Both the position numbers and the translations under genes were made by a program. Of a stretch of 64,000 nt of DNA, positions 1 to 12,090 are shown in pieces (within the stretch, counting starts at the first letter, position 1; each line of letters starts with the position of its first letter). The notes under the pieces are model-generated. The model worked only from the letters and a program-made list of their open reading frames with translations. It did not search any database and had not been told where the DNA came from. The DNA is taken from the NCBI RefSeq assembly GCF_009914755.1, contig NC_060928.1; one strand, given 5' to 3'. Source of the DNA: the human T2T-CHM13v2.0 reference genome, Homo sapiens.

Positions 1-24
1 TGTATGGTGCTACAGTCATAATAA

Positions 25-300
25 CAGTAAGAATAATCACAACCATAAGCAACATTTATTGAGTGGTACTATGTGCCAGCACTCTTCTAAATGCTTTACT
101 TACAATTATATATTTGAAGGTCAAGTCCCTTTGTAATGGATGGTGCTGTGCCACCCAAATCCTACCATAACCCCTATGACATGGGTCATTTTATTACGCT
201 CACTCTCAAGATGAGGAAACTGGGATACAGGGAGTTGAAATCGCTCTCCCATGGCTACATCGCCAATAAGTAGCAGTGCTAGGTTGCAAACTCAGGCATG
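25..300 (-). mobile_element. MIR SINE fragment
   Basis: Reverse-complement MIR tail and core: aacatttattgag..tactatgtgccagcac..agatgaggaaactg. Confidence 0.8.
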
Positions 301-594
301 AAAAGCAAAAGGGAAAAGGTTAGAATCAAAGCAAAGTGTTCTTTAAAAGAGATGGTCCCTGATGCCTTGAGAGCTGGTCACGTAAGGTTTCCCAAGCAAT
401 GGCAGTGGGCATGACCAGCTGTCCTCTGCTGAAGTGGGCATGCTGTAGAACTGTGTCTGATCTATTCACAGCTACATCTCCTACTCTAGCCCCCTACCTG
501 GCTCCTGGGGAAGCAGAGTCCCTTCGAAGCACTCAAAGAGAAATGTAATGAAGGATTAAATGAATGTACCAGAAGGATTGTTTTTAGAGTTAAC

Positions 595-748
595 ACCCTG
601 GGCAATTTACTTATTCTCTCCTGGCCTTGGTTTTTTCATCTATAGAAAGTAAATGATGACGGAGGGGTGGCATAAGTTTTGATCTATCATATAGTCTTGC
701 GTAGCATTAACTCCCAATAAATAGAAGCTATTATTATTATTATTATTT
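595..748 (+). mobile_element. MIR SINE fragment
   Basis: ctgggcaatttactt..ttttttcatctatagaa..caataaat..gctattattatt. Confidence 0.6.
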
Positions 749-1289
749 CTCTCTACATGCTGGAGGGTGATAGTTGGCTTAAAAATTGCAAAGAAGAACT
801 AAATATCTCATTCTTTTAGTCAACTTTGGAAGGCTTGACTACATTATCTCTAACGTTCTGTCTTAAAAGTAAGTATGGAATCCTAGATTTTGATGTTTTT
901 TCAGGCATAATTTTTCAACAAAATAATTTGTACCAAAGTAAAAATGGAATTTCTCACTTCCATCCTGCCCTACTCTGTCCCCTTCCAATATTTTCCAGGC
1001 ACGTCTTGTTTTTATTACCCCTGCATTAACAGATCTACTTCAAGGAGCTCACCATGACCCAGGAAATGGAGGCTGACCAAAAATGGAGGAGAAGAGAGGA
1101 CAAAGAGACATAAAAGGAATTTTATGTTCTTTTTAAGGAGTCATTAAAGTAGCATAAAATAAAAAACCTTAAAATGCCACACAATGTCTTGTTTAGATAA
1201 GACTCAGGAAAGGTTTTCTATAGACATGGAGAAGGCAGAGGCAGCCTGGTTTTGACAGTTAACCCTGGGGTAGAATTGTGCTCAGAGGT

Positions 1290-1855
1290 CCTGTCAGTCA
1301 GCATTCAGTGGCATGCAGGAGAAACCACTTCAGTTATTTCATGCAGAAGAAGATTAAATCATGGAATGAGGGTGGATGGACTGGAGGAGCAGGTCCCAGG
1401 CTGGCCCTCCCCCAGCTACTAACAGAAGGACAATTCAAACCCGGCCTGGCAAAGGAACTCAAACTGGACACAACCAGGAAGTTGGAGAATCAGGAGGTCA
1501 TGGGGCCTATTGTTGGGTACAGGGTTATGTTACCTTAGCTGTGCATCTGGAATCAGGAAATCACTGCTTCCACTGCTGGCTCAGAAACATACCACCCAGG
1601 CTGAAGTCTAGGGATCAGGAAACTGGCTCCAACATGATGGACTCTGGAGCCATGATTTGCCTGCTAAAGCTGTGCCAGCAAGATAAGTATCTCCCTTCCC
1701 ACTTACACTAGCTTGAATTGGGGTCTTGCTCAAGTGCGTCTTCAGGTAAGTTAGGAAAAATGTGGTTTGTATTTTTCTAGCTTCTGCAGTGCAGAAAGAC
1801 ATGCCAGACATGTTGGAGTGGATGTTGAGCAAACCCGTCTACGATTTCTACTACT
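1290..1855. mobile_element. Ancient LTR-like element (LTR78/79-like, family uncertain)
   Basis: End motif ggagtggatgttgagc resembles the end of the element at ~11410; start gaaaccacttcagttattt resembles old ERVL/MaLR-type LTR ends. Confidence 0.35.
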
Positions 1856-3319
1856 ATAGTTTACCCAGTGGAAAATTAAAAGATTGGGATGGTGTCAGTT
1901 CTTCTTTTCTATTCTGCGTGTTGTTGTATGTAAGTGGAAGAATAGAATAGAAGTGTTTGTAATCAGAAACTACACAACATTCACCTTATCTTGATCCTCT
2001 GACTAATTTCAGTTAACCATAACACAGAACCTGAATTATTAGGACTTTAGTATAAAGTCCAGCCCGTTGCTAGTACCAAGTATGCTTAGAGAGCGAAGGC
2101 AACTTAACTTAAATGTTAGAATATCATTGGAAAATGTAGTCCCAGTCCTTTAAAACAGTTTGTAAAACCCATACCCATTAAAACCCCATTAAGAAATAAA
2201 TAACAACTCATATTCTCTCTCACATACAAGCATATTTAATAACATTGAATTTAATGGAGCTGTTTATTTTGTAATACACTTAGAGAATCATCACTTTTCT
2301 TGTGGCCATGGTCAAATAAGTGCCCGAATTGTTTTTCCTTAGACTCTTTGGTTGCTGCTGGATGCTTGGATCATAACCAACTCTCTTTTTGACAAGAGCA
2401 GCAGACAGCAGTCATGTTTGAAGCCTATTTGACCAATACAATGGCCTGCAATTTCTGTGAGGTCAGGGACGACATCTTTCAACCACTTCTTGCCCCCAAC
2501 CCCCTGCCACAATTAATGCTGTTTTTCTAGCACCATAGACATAGCAAGTGTGCAATAAATGTTTGACTATTTTTTAAATGAATGATGAAATGCATGAATG
2601 CATAATTGCTAAATGGATCACATGTTCATTTTTAATTGTGATGAAACAATGGGAAATGTAACAGGAGTTTTCTCATTTGGAAGAAAAGCATTTTGATTTA
2701 ACATTTTAAAAGTAAGAATGCTTATGAAAACAGTTCCTGGATATCATAGTTAATTATTTTCCTCCTGAGGGTTTTATTCCAGACCAGATCTGATTTTAAA
2801 TGAGATTCACGTGGTGATTATAACTTGGTTTTCTCTTTCGCTGCTGCTGTGGCCGCGGCAGAAAGAACATATTCTCCCAGGAGCTTTCTTACTCTAGGCT
2901 TCTCTTCAAGCACTTAGCACACTTCTCATGCATTCCTAGATCTCGTCATTCAACCCAGAATGACTATTTCCTTAGCATTTCTCACCTCTCCGGAACCCTC
3001 ATCAATGCTATCTTTTCTGACCTTTACAAAGAGCAGTAGGCAAAGCAAAACTTTCCTCCGCAAATTATAAACTGCAAATTATTTTTCCCAGTGAGCCTGC
3101 AACGAATGACCCAGAATAGTATTTCATGATAGGAATTTCCAGACTGCATTATAATTATAAAGTCAAATACTTTTCTTTTGTATGAGACTTCTGAGGAGCA
3201 AAGACGTGAGTTCCAAGCATTCTGTTCTCATCAAGTAATTGTTACATCATTGTGTAATTTGTGTGCCTAAAGGAATGTGATAGATTACTAGGTAAAAAAG
3301 ACCAGCAATTATTTCATCA

Positions 3320-4260
3320 CTTACCCATTCCAAAATTATTTTTGAGCACCTGCATCCCAGGAACTGTTTCAGTGGCTGGAAATAAGCAGAGAACAAAACA
3401 GGCAAAATCCCTGTAAGTCCTCACAGGACTTACATTCTAGTAGGGAGATGTATTCAATAAATACATACATATATAATAAATATGATGTCAGGTTTGGTCA
3501 TTGGAATGAAGAAAAATAAAGCAGCACAAGGTAGTAAGGGATGATATTTAAGCCGATAACAATGTGAAAGAGAGTGTTCCAGGAATGGGGAGCAAGTGCA
3601 ATGGTGCTGGTACCAAGATGAACATGGCCCTAATCACCACTTAATAAGCAAGAGCAGGAAGGGGCATGGCTGGGGGGCGGGGGATGGGGGGGCAGATAGG
3701 CCATGATAAGGAATTTGGATTTTTTTGGAGGTACCTGTGTGATGAAAAGCCAAGAGAGTACTAATAGCAGGGGCTCAACATGATCTAATTTATATGTTGA
3801 AAGGATCTCTCTGCTACTGTATGGAAAACACACTGCAGGTGAAGTAAAGTGGAAGCAAGTCAACAATTGGGGGCTTGGCCGGGTGCGGTGGCTCATGCCC
3901 GTAATCCCAGCACTTTGGGAGGCCGAGGGGTGTGGATCACCTGAGGTGAGGCGTTCAAGACAAGCCTGGCCAACATGGCAAAACCCTTTATCTACTAAAA
4001 ATACAAAAATTAGCTGGGTGTGGTGGTGGGTGCCTGTAATCCCAGTTACTTGGGAGACTGAGGCAGGAGAATCGCTTGAACTCAGGAGACAGAAGTTACA
4101 GTGAGCAGAGATTATATCACTTGCACTCCATCCTGGGTGACAGAGCGAGACTCTGTCCCAAAAATAAATAAATAAATAAACAAACAGTTGAGGGCTGTTG
4201 GAGTTATCTGATCATCTGCACTAGAGCACTGGCTGTGGGGGTGTTGAAAAGTGGTTGTGG
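3320..4260 (-). mobile_element. L2 LINE fragment interrupted by Alu
   Basis: ttattttgagcacctg..gaacaaaacaggcaaaatccctg..cttacattctagtagggaga, typical antisense L2 3' region. Confidence 0.7.
3877..4185 (+). mobile_element. AluS, full length
   Basis: ggccgggtgcggtggctca head, A-rich linker, (taaa)n tail; degenerate TSD aacaattgggggct/aacagttgagggct. Confidence 0.97.
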
Positions 4261-4597
4261 AACTATACTCAATAAAATTTGGATTTACATTAAAAATAGT
4301 GACAATCTGATTTTCATTCCTGCTATGTTGTGGACATTATAGGAAGACATGGACTCAGGTAAGTAGAGGAATTTAGTTTAAAAGCAGGAAAAAGGGTGGC
4401 GAGAACAAATTCTGCATTGGCTAGATGGAGATAATGTTGGAATAACTTTCTCTGAGATATTCTAGAAAAAGGAAGTATTGAGGATTTAAAGGAAGAAAAT
4501 ATTCCAAGTAAAAGTAACTGTATATTCTTCAGTGTTAAAAAAAAATCCCAGTGGCAAGTTGTTAAAAAGCAACATGGCATTTCTCTTTTTCCTTTCT

Positions 4598-4810
4598 GTA
4601 ATAGACTTTATTTTTTAGAGCAGTTTTAGGTCACAGCCAAATGAGAGGAAGTTACAGAGATTTCCTATGTATCCCCTGTACCCACACCTGCATAGCGTTT
4701 CCTGCTTCCTGTGTCTGCCAACAAAGTGGTACATTTCTTACCACTGATGAACCTACACTGACACATCATTATCACCTGAAGACCATAGTTTACATTAGGG
4801 TTCACGTTTT
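4598..4810 (-). mobile_element. L1MC-type 3' end fragment
   Basis: atagactttattttttagagcagttttagg..ccatagtttacattagggttcac. Confidence 0.8.
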
Positions 4811-5089
4811 ATGTTATAATGATATGTTTTGTTAGCAAAATTTCTGCTCACTTGGGCTCCTTCCTTTCATCTCCTTTTAAACTAATTACTTAGCAGGAGA
4901 TTAGATTTCTTAAAGTACATCATCAGAACTTTGTCAAGGTTACAAAGGAAGAATAGGTTCACATACATGTCTAAAAAAGTTGAGAAGACAGAAAAAATCC
5001 AATTGATTTGTCAAAGAACTACATAAGCTTCTGAAATAGAAAAAAATTCTAGAAAAAGCTGAAGCTTCAAGGACAAATACCTGTAGAAA

Positions 5090-5650
5090 GGTTTATAGAA
5101 GTAAGGTCAGAATTACTAAAGCAGGAAATGAGATGCAACTTCCAAAGGTGAAATAGAGTATTTCTTTTTTTTCTACTCTATCAGGAGCAAGAAAAGACTA
5201 GAATGGAGTGTTGTCCTTTGATTAGATAGGAAAGAAAGAGACTCACTGATGACATCAAAAGGCCACAGGGCATTCAATGTCTTTTTTAAAAACCTTTCTG
5301 CATGATCAAGTGAATGGGCTCTGGAAATGGGTAATGCATACTTTAGGAAAATGAAAAGGGAAAACGAAGACTTGGAGGGAGATAATTTAAATAAGTGAGA
5401 TCTGTAAATGTGCAGGCCCTGATGATTTGCATTCAAGGGTACGAAAAGAATTGGCTAAAGTATTGTGGACCATAAATTGAATATGAGTCAGCAGTTAGTA
5501 AGGCTGTTATTTAAAAAAGGGAACATTATTGAGAGATGGATTAACAGGAGTATGACATGAAAAGGGCAAGGATATGTTCTTGAATACTTGGCATTGCCAA
5601 CCATTATTTAGAATATAATTACCAATTTTGGTCCCTGTATATTAAAGGAG
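5090..5650 (+). mobile_element. CR1/L3 LINE ORF2 fossil with internal deletion
   Basis: Translated remnants YRSKVRITKAGNEMQL (5094), KCAGPDDLHSRVRKELAKVL (5406), VDHKLNMSQQ (5465) and HYLEYNYQFWSLYIK (5602) match CR1 ORF2 motifs. Confidence 0.85.
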
Positions 5651-7054
5651 AATCACAAAATGATGAATGAAACAAAAAGTAAGTGAGGAATTCCAATGGC
5701 TGTGATAAAAAGTTAAATTCTCCATTTTTATGTTATCTTAGTTAAGAGTACCAACTTCCTGCTCGTACTGACTCAGAACGCCTAGAATTTGCCTTTTAAG
5801 TGATCTCTGTCTAAGTAGCCATATCTTTAGGTTAAAGGAAGTGGGCTTGCTCCTTTTTGGAAAAGAGGCAGCTAGTGTATAAGAAAGATTATTGTGAAAA
5901 CCATTCTGGCTAATTGTTCTTCATATAGGAGGGAGTTGGTATATATTGGAACTAAGAGAATTAGACCAAAAACAACAACAAAAAATATCCCCAAACCCTA
6001 AACTAATAGTGATTAAATACCAGAACTGAGTGCTAGTTTTCTCTCAAATCCTTAGCATAATAACTCAGGATCCCTATGTATACACTATTTGCCTGTGTTG
6101 TCATAGAACCCTCTGTATCTTAACTCGGTGGAAGGGCAATGTTAAGAGTTGTGATAAACAGGTGCCCATTTCAATGGGAATTCTGGTGTGATGTCAGAAT
6201 TGCTCAGTTGGCAAGATTTGTTTTCTATTCTCCCTAATTAGCCTTCAATTGTCTCCTTTTCCTGCAGACCCACCCCAGGACATCTCCTTCCCGGATGCAC
6301 AGGTCACTTAGGTGGCCTCTTCCTGGCAGTTCAGGGCCCTCCTGCTGGCTCTCTTTGGTGTTTTCCCCCAGGCTGCTTTCTCTGTGATGTCCCTCTATGC
6401 TTGGGCTCCCCTTCCTCACAGACCTCTCAGAACTTACCTTTCCTCTCACCCATTGCCTAGGGTCCTTTACTTGGCACTCCAAAATGACAGTTTATGAATT
6501 CTGTAAACTTATTTGAAACGGGTTAATGGTGGTTTTCCAGTGTCTCTTAGGTACTGAGTGGCACTGTGGGACTAGTGGTATGGGGGAGAACATTTTAGGT
6601 GGTGGCATATGGACGTGACATTACATAACATTGAATCACGTAGAGTGAAAATTATTTCGTTTTCAATTTCTTCTCAAGTCTTTCTGATTCAGTCAAGGAT
6701 AAAGTTTCATTTTGGTGCTAGTGTGTTTTTAACCCTTGAAAATTGCTCATCTCCCTTTTAAATAAAGCAAGTGTAGCCTTCAGGCTCAAAGCCTTGGGGG
6801 CTAGAATAATTTCTTAGACTGCTTTTTGTATTTAGGTATAATATACACACTAGAAGAGGCATAAATAAAAATGTACACTTTGATTAATTATATTAGCTAG
6901 AATTTAAATTTATTTCTTTGTTCTCATTGCATTTATTTACACAGTTTCCTTTTATTTATGCTAGTGATACTGGTTTCTAGGATGGTGATTTAAAAAAAGT
7001 TTTATAAAGAAATTTATTAAGGAAAAAAAGAGTTGATTTAAGGAGAAAATATTG

Positions 7055-7256
7055 CTGAATTTCACTGTTTTTAAAGGTTCACATTGTGCTCCACTATTAT
7101 TTTAACCTTTCTGAAATCATGACACAGCATGCAACTTACAATGTCCATGAACTAGGTCAGGCAAAGTGCTTAGAGTGGTGTAGAATCTTTAGTTGATACT
7201 TGTGGTTAAATCAAGAAAGGTCAACATCAGAGCGTTTTGGATTCAATGAAATATGA
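7055..7256. mobile_element. MER104-like Tc2 DNA transposon nested in Charlie
   Basis: ttttaacctttctgaaatc..cttacaatg and terminal ggattcaatgaaatatga. Confidence 0.55.
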
Positions 7257-7274
7257 TAAAAATACTACAGGTAG

Positions 7275-7618
7275 TGTTGCAGAACTTTGCTCCTTAGTTC
7301 AGCTGAAACTGGGTTCCTGTCACAGGACCACGAAGGATTAGGAACACAGACTCATTGAAGGGTGAGGGGAACAGAATTTATTGGGCAAAAAAAGGAAAAG
7401 AAGAAGAAGAAAAGACTCCCAGCAAAGTGAGAGGGAGTCCTGCTAACAGGCCCCCAACGTCACAGATTGATTCCAGGTCACACACATGAGCTGAAGAGGC
7501 CAGGCTCCTCCCCGACCACACGGTAAGAACTTCCTGTGGCACCACCCTGTTCTCCCAGTGCGCAGGCGGTGGGAGATTCTCTGGGGACCCTCCCCCTTAT
7601 CTGCTCCTGCACCTATCA
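7275..7618 (-). mobile_element. MER48 solo LTR (ERV1)
   Basis: TG..CA termini; reverse strand starts tgataggtgcaggagcagataagggggagggtccccagagaatctcc; 4-bp TSD gtag/gcag. Confidence 0.8.
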
Positions 7619-7855
7619 GCAGTACTCCCATATAGAGAAAAATGGGGCTGCAGTGTGCAAATACCTGAAGTTTGGGAAATAGTAGCTTAGTGACCTACCC
7701 TTCCCATCTGATGCCTTTGCATTTTAATAGGGGTTCTCTAGAGATGGAATGATGTGGCCCCAAAGAACCCTGTGGCAAGGTTGTGGTGGGTATTGGGAAA
7801 TCCTGGGGGCGTGTGTGCAAGTGAGCTTTATTTTGGATCCCCTCAATGTTCCTTG

Positions 7856-8497
7856 TGATATAGGAGTTAAAAAGAAATTATTTAGGCAGATAGTGAGGGT
7901 AAGGAAGTCCTCAGTAATGTTTCCCTTTTAATGAAAAGCAGCCCCCAAATAATTTCTTTTCTAACAAAAAGCAACTTGTAAAATTGGGTTGCAAACGTAG
8001 ATAAGCAAGCTGGAAGCTTGCATGGGTGAATGCCAGCAACTGTGCTAATAGGAAAAGGCTACCTGGGGGCCAGGCATGTTCAATATGGAGGCTCCATCTT
8101 CCCTTTTATCAATCCCATATACCCTAAGGAGCTGACAACATGGCGCGGCCATGTAAAAAAATCGATTTGCATAATAAAAGATTAGCGGGGGATGGGGATG
8201 GCCAGCTTCTTCCAGTGCTATGTAAATGTCACACCTGGTCCAACCAATCTTTGGGCCCTATGTAAAACAGACACTGCCTCCTCAAGCCAGTCTATAAATC
8301 CCCGTGCTCTTTACCACCGGACCAGAGGACCCACTCAGGTGCCCGTCTCTGCAGGAGAGCGAGCTATTCTCTTTTCTCTTTCTTTTGCCCATTAAACCTC
8401 CACTCTTAGCCTCACTCCACATGTGTCTGTGTCCTTAATTTCCTTGGCATGAGGCAATGAACCTTGGATATTACTCCAGACGAATGACGCTGCCTCA
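7856..8497 (+). mobile_element. LTR9 solo LTR (ERV1)
   Basis: tgatataggagttaaaaagaaattatttaggcag start, ends tgcctca; perfect 4-bp TSD cttg; TATAAA at 8293, ATTAAA at 8391. Confidence 0.9.
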
Positions 8498-10122
8498 CTT
8501 GCGTATGAACCCTCTGTGTCTCTCCCTAAGGCCTGCGTGGCCCTTTGTGACATATATGTTATCCTTGCTGAGAAACTTTTGGGTGTCACATATCAGGCTG
8601 CAGGCTTACAAATTATAAGCAAATCAGCTTTCAGCTCTAGAACATTGTTACACTGGAATATAGACCAATATCTTTGATCATCAGATATCTGTCCTTAGAC
8701 TTTCCCCAGCACCTTGATGACCCACTGTGATTCTGCCTAGGAGCCTCCAAACACATATTTTTTAAAGAAATGAAGGAAGGAAGCCTACCCTTGCCCTTCC
8801 ACTGGAAGACCCCAGGTATGGCTGTACCGTGTGGCCTGAGCAGCTAGGGGCCAGGAGCAGCCCGCGGTTGGCTCTCCTAGGATCCTCTGCTGTGCTGGAA
8901 GCAATTGCTGTGCATTTGTATGGCACACCATTTGCATACTCTAACGAGATGGGCTATAATTGGCCTTCATTGATTTTGTTTTCATTGAGCTAAAATAGAG
9001 TCAGAGCTTCTTAGGCTAGAAGAACTGATTGATTTGTGGTAGAATTCAGGACTATTCAGTTGAAGAAATAATTAATTATGTTCTTATTTAGTAATCATCA
9101 GGGTTCAGCCTGTTTCTTAGCAGGAGAGTGTGCTCAGCAGAATTGGACTTTGCCAAGGCAAGGATGCTTTAAAATAAGTACTTTAGCCAGGCAGATGGAT
9201 ACCACACAAAATACTCATTATTATTATTATTATTATTAAAGGAACTGTGCAGATTGAAGACAACCAATCTCTATGTATATGTAGAGAACAAGAGACATGC
9301 ATTATTTCTTTCTTCATCTTCCTCCTCACATGAGCATACTGCCCATCCATTAGTCTCTCTCCCTATGCATTTACCCATCCATGCATCTATCCATGTGTTC
9401 TTGAATCCATCCACCCATCTTCCAACATTTTATAAGTTCACTGTGAGTTAATTCAGTCTGGGTGAATGATAGCTTCCACCTTTGTCTTCTATTTCTCAGA
9501 TCTGCGAGTTGCTTCAGATTGGCCCCAATCTTAGAGAAATAGACAAGGGAATTTCAGCCTGGAGTGATCACCCCGAAGTTTGGAATACTTAAGCAAGCAC
9601 GGGTATTCAATAGGCCATCCTGTGCAGATAGGGAAGCTTGGAATTTTTAACTGTTTGTGATTCGAGTATTTCTAAATGGTTTAGTCTCATGTCAATCTCT
9701 CCCTTTTAAATTTTTTTGAAATTATTGTTTATAGTTGTTGGATATAATTTGTCCCTATTAGAATAGTTCTATTCTTTAAATTGAGGCCATATATCTTTTG
9801 AGGAACAAGGTATAGAAATAAATAAATTATATATAATATATGTATATATTTATACATATAAACAATATATATAAATATAGTTTCTATCTGTATCAGACTC
9901 TCCTTTCATTCGGTAGATGTTTATTGAGTGGCTCAATGTGTAAGGCTTTATGGTAAGTGTTGTAAGGGATACAAAGATGAATAATACACTACTGCTCCTC
10001 TAAAGCATCTTACAAGTCAGCATAGAAATATTTGTCAAAAATTCATTTGTAAGCCATTATTTGGAGATTCGTAGTCAATGTTATATATAGTCCATAGCCC
10101 AGCTCACAAAAATCTGTTCATG

Positions 10123-10205
10123 TATTAGGTTGAACTATATGAAATTGCCAATGTCTGACCATTTTTATCCTACAAAATGGCAACTTAATATATTTCAACC
10201 TAGTA
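10123..10205. mobile_element. MADE2 mariner-type MITE
   Basis: ~80 bp with terminal inverted repeats tattaggttgaactatatgaaattgcca / tggcaacttaatatatttcaacctagta. Confidence 0.9.
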
Positions 10206-10399
10206 TATGTGAAGCAATGTACCTTACTGAAGTTAAAACCAAGAGTAACTAGTGACCGTAAATTGTGATGATTATTTGGGGAAAATGTGTCCAGAAATCT
10301 ATTTCTTTTTATTGAAGGAATAGAAATGAAACAAGGAACCACTTTCTGGATGGATGTTCCCATTTTGAGGGATAGTTGAAAAAGGGGTTTGCCTAACTG

Positions 10400-11450
10400 C
10401 TTGCCTGGGGCACGAATCCCCATAAAGAGGATGAAGTAGTGGGAATGCAAAGGAGGACAGAGAAGAGCAGGTAAAAGTGGTTCAGGGAGGGCTGGGATCT
10501 CCTGGTGGTATAACGAACCGGTGATGCCCTATGACTGGATTGTCACTACTGCCATCTCTTGTACCAGAACTGCTTTGTGACTGCTATGATTCACACTGGC
10601 AGAATGGACGCCCATGCACTGTTTCTTTCTTAAGTCCTGCAAAGCTAAGTGACAGGGTCTTCTGCTAATGCAGCCATGAAATAATCAAATCCAATAAAAC
10701 CCATGATGGTGCGGCCCACAACAGTGCAAGTGTGGATATAAAGTGACTGGCAGCTATCACCCAGTCTGCTCTGTTTATGAATGGAAGTGGGCTGAAGTTC
10801 CCATTTTCTCTTGGGGAAGATGGGGCTAGGTGGGAAGGGGTAAGGCCAGGCAGGGCAAGCTAGGTAAGCCTACCTTGAGAAGTTGGGATGCATCACTGAT
10901 AGTCTCCCCATCCCAGACTCTCTGGATAGGGCTGACAAAGATGAGCCTTTCTGGAAATACTGCCACTGTCTGGGGAGTATCACTGGGGTTAAAGCTGGAG
11001 AAACAATCGCCACTGTTGACCACAAGCTGAGCAGGGACACAACAAACTTTAGGTGTGCAGCTAGAAACTCAGAGCTTCCCAGCTGGCTAGCTGGGTGGGC
11101 TTGCTCCAGTCACTACATTAATCTCATGAAAACACCAGCCTGCATTTTTGGTGATGAGAAATTTTGGACCAAGTTATCACATCAGGAGGCAATTTTGTTG
11201 AATCTCCATAATGGGTTTATCCTCAGAAAGGGTAGAAATGGCAGAAGAAAGCAGTAACATGACTTCCACTCACTTCCACCTTCCAGATATTGCACCAGTT
11301 CATTGAATGGGTCAAACCAAAACCACATCTAGAAGTCCAAGTGTTTGTAAAAACTGTGCTTTTTAGCTTTTCTGGCTTTGCAGTAAAGGAAGACACACAA
11401 AGAGGCGGGTGGAATGGATGTTGAATGCCTACTCATAGCATCTACCAGAG
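10400..11450. mobile_element. Ancient LTR-like element (LTR78-like, uncertain)
   Basis: Terminal motif ggtggaatggatgttgaatgcc..catctacca, also seen at ~1815; left boundary is a guess. Confidence 0.3.
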
Positions 11451-11942
11451 TGATTTCAATTTTATAAGGATTTTTAATCCTAGCGACCTCTTCCCTACTT
11501 ATGACCACGACTCTTATCAGTTCTTTTGCAACTCATTTCTGGTAAGAAAAGGTGGCAGAGATGGGAGCTAACAATGAGTTTTCAGATATATGCAAAAAAC
11601 TGAAGATTCGTTTATAACTCAGAGGAAAACTTAGACTCAGTCTTCTAAGCACTTTTTCTTCCAAGTGGGACTAGGCGGTGGTTCTGGGGAGTGGTGTGGG
11701 AAAGGAGCAGGACTGGGCTGCCACCTGGGACTCCAGGGTTGGGCAGAGGTAGGAAGGGAGAAGCCTGAGGGTTTAGATTTTTCCCTTTCTCTCTTTTTCC
11801 CATTGCCACATCAGTCTGTAGTTGGCTGTGAGACGATGACTGAAGAGAAGCACTCATGCTGGGGATGGGCCTGAGTTTTATTTCCTATTTTTTATGTAGC
11901 ACTGAAAAAGTTTGCAAATTCTTTTTCTAGGGTTGAAAATGC

Positions 11943-12090
11943 TTTATTTTATTTTATTTTATTTTTTAAAGTTCCAGGGTACATGTGTGGGATGTGCAGT
12001 TTTGTTACATAAGTAAAGGTGTGCCATGGTGGTTTGCTGCACCTATCAACCCATCACCTAGGTATTAAGCCCAGCATACATTAGCTCTTT
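11943..12090 (-). mobile_element. L1PA 3' end, 5'-truncated
   Basis: (tttta)n tail then aagttccagggtacatgtg..ccatggtggtttgctgcacc..aagcccagcat. Confidence 0.92.

Larger units (their letters stand above)
6560..7684. mobile_element. hAT-Charlie DNA transposon fossil (Charlie4a-like), multiply interrupted
   Basis: Segments gagttgatttaaggagaaaatatt | taaaaatactacaggtag | tactccc..ctgaagtttgggaaatag join into a Charlie-type terminal sequence. Confidence 0.6.

Noticed and set aside
1741-4365. Consensus donors cag|gtaagt at ~1747 and ~4359
   Set aside because: No convincing upstream acceptor or open frame; expected by chance
10826-11257. Overlapping ORFs up to 124 aa
   Set aside because: Probably within an ancient LTR-like element; no domain recognised
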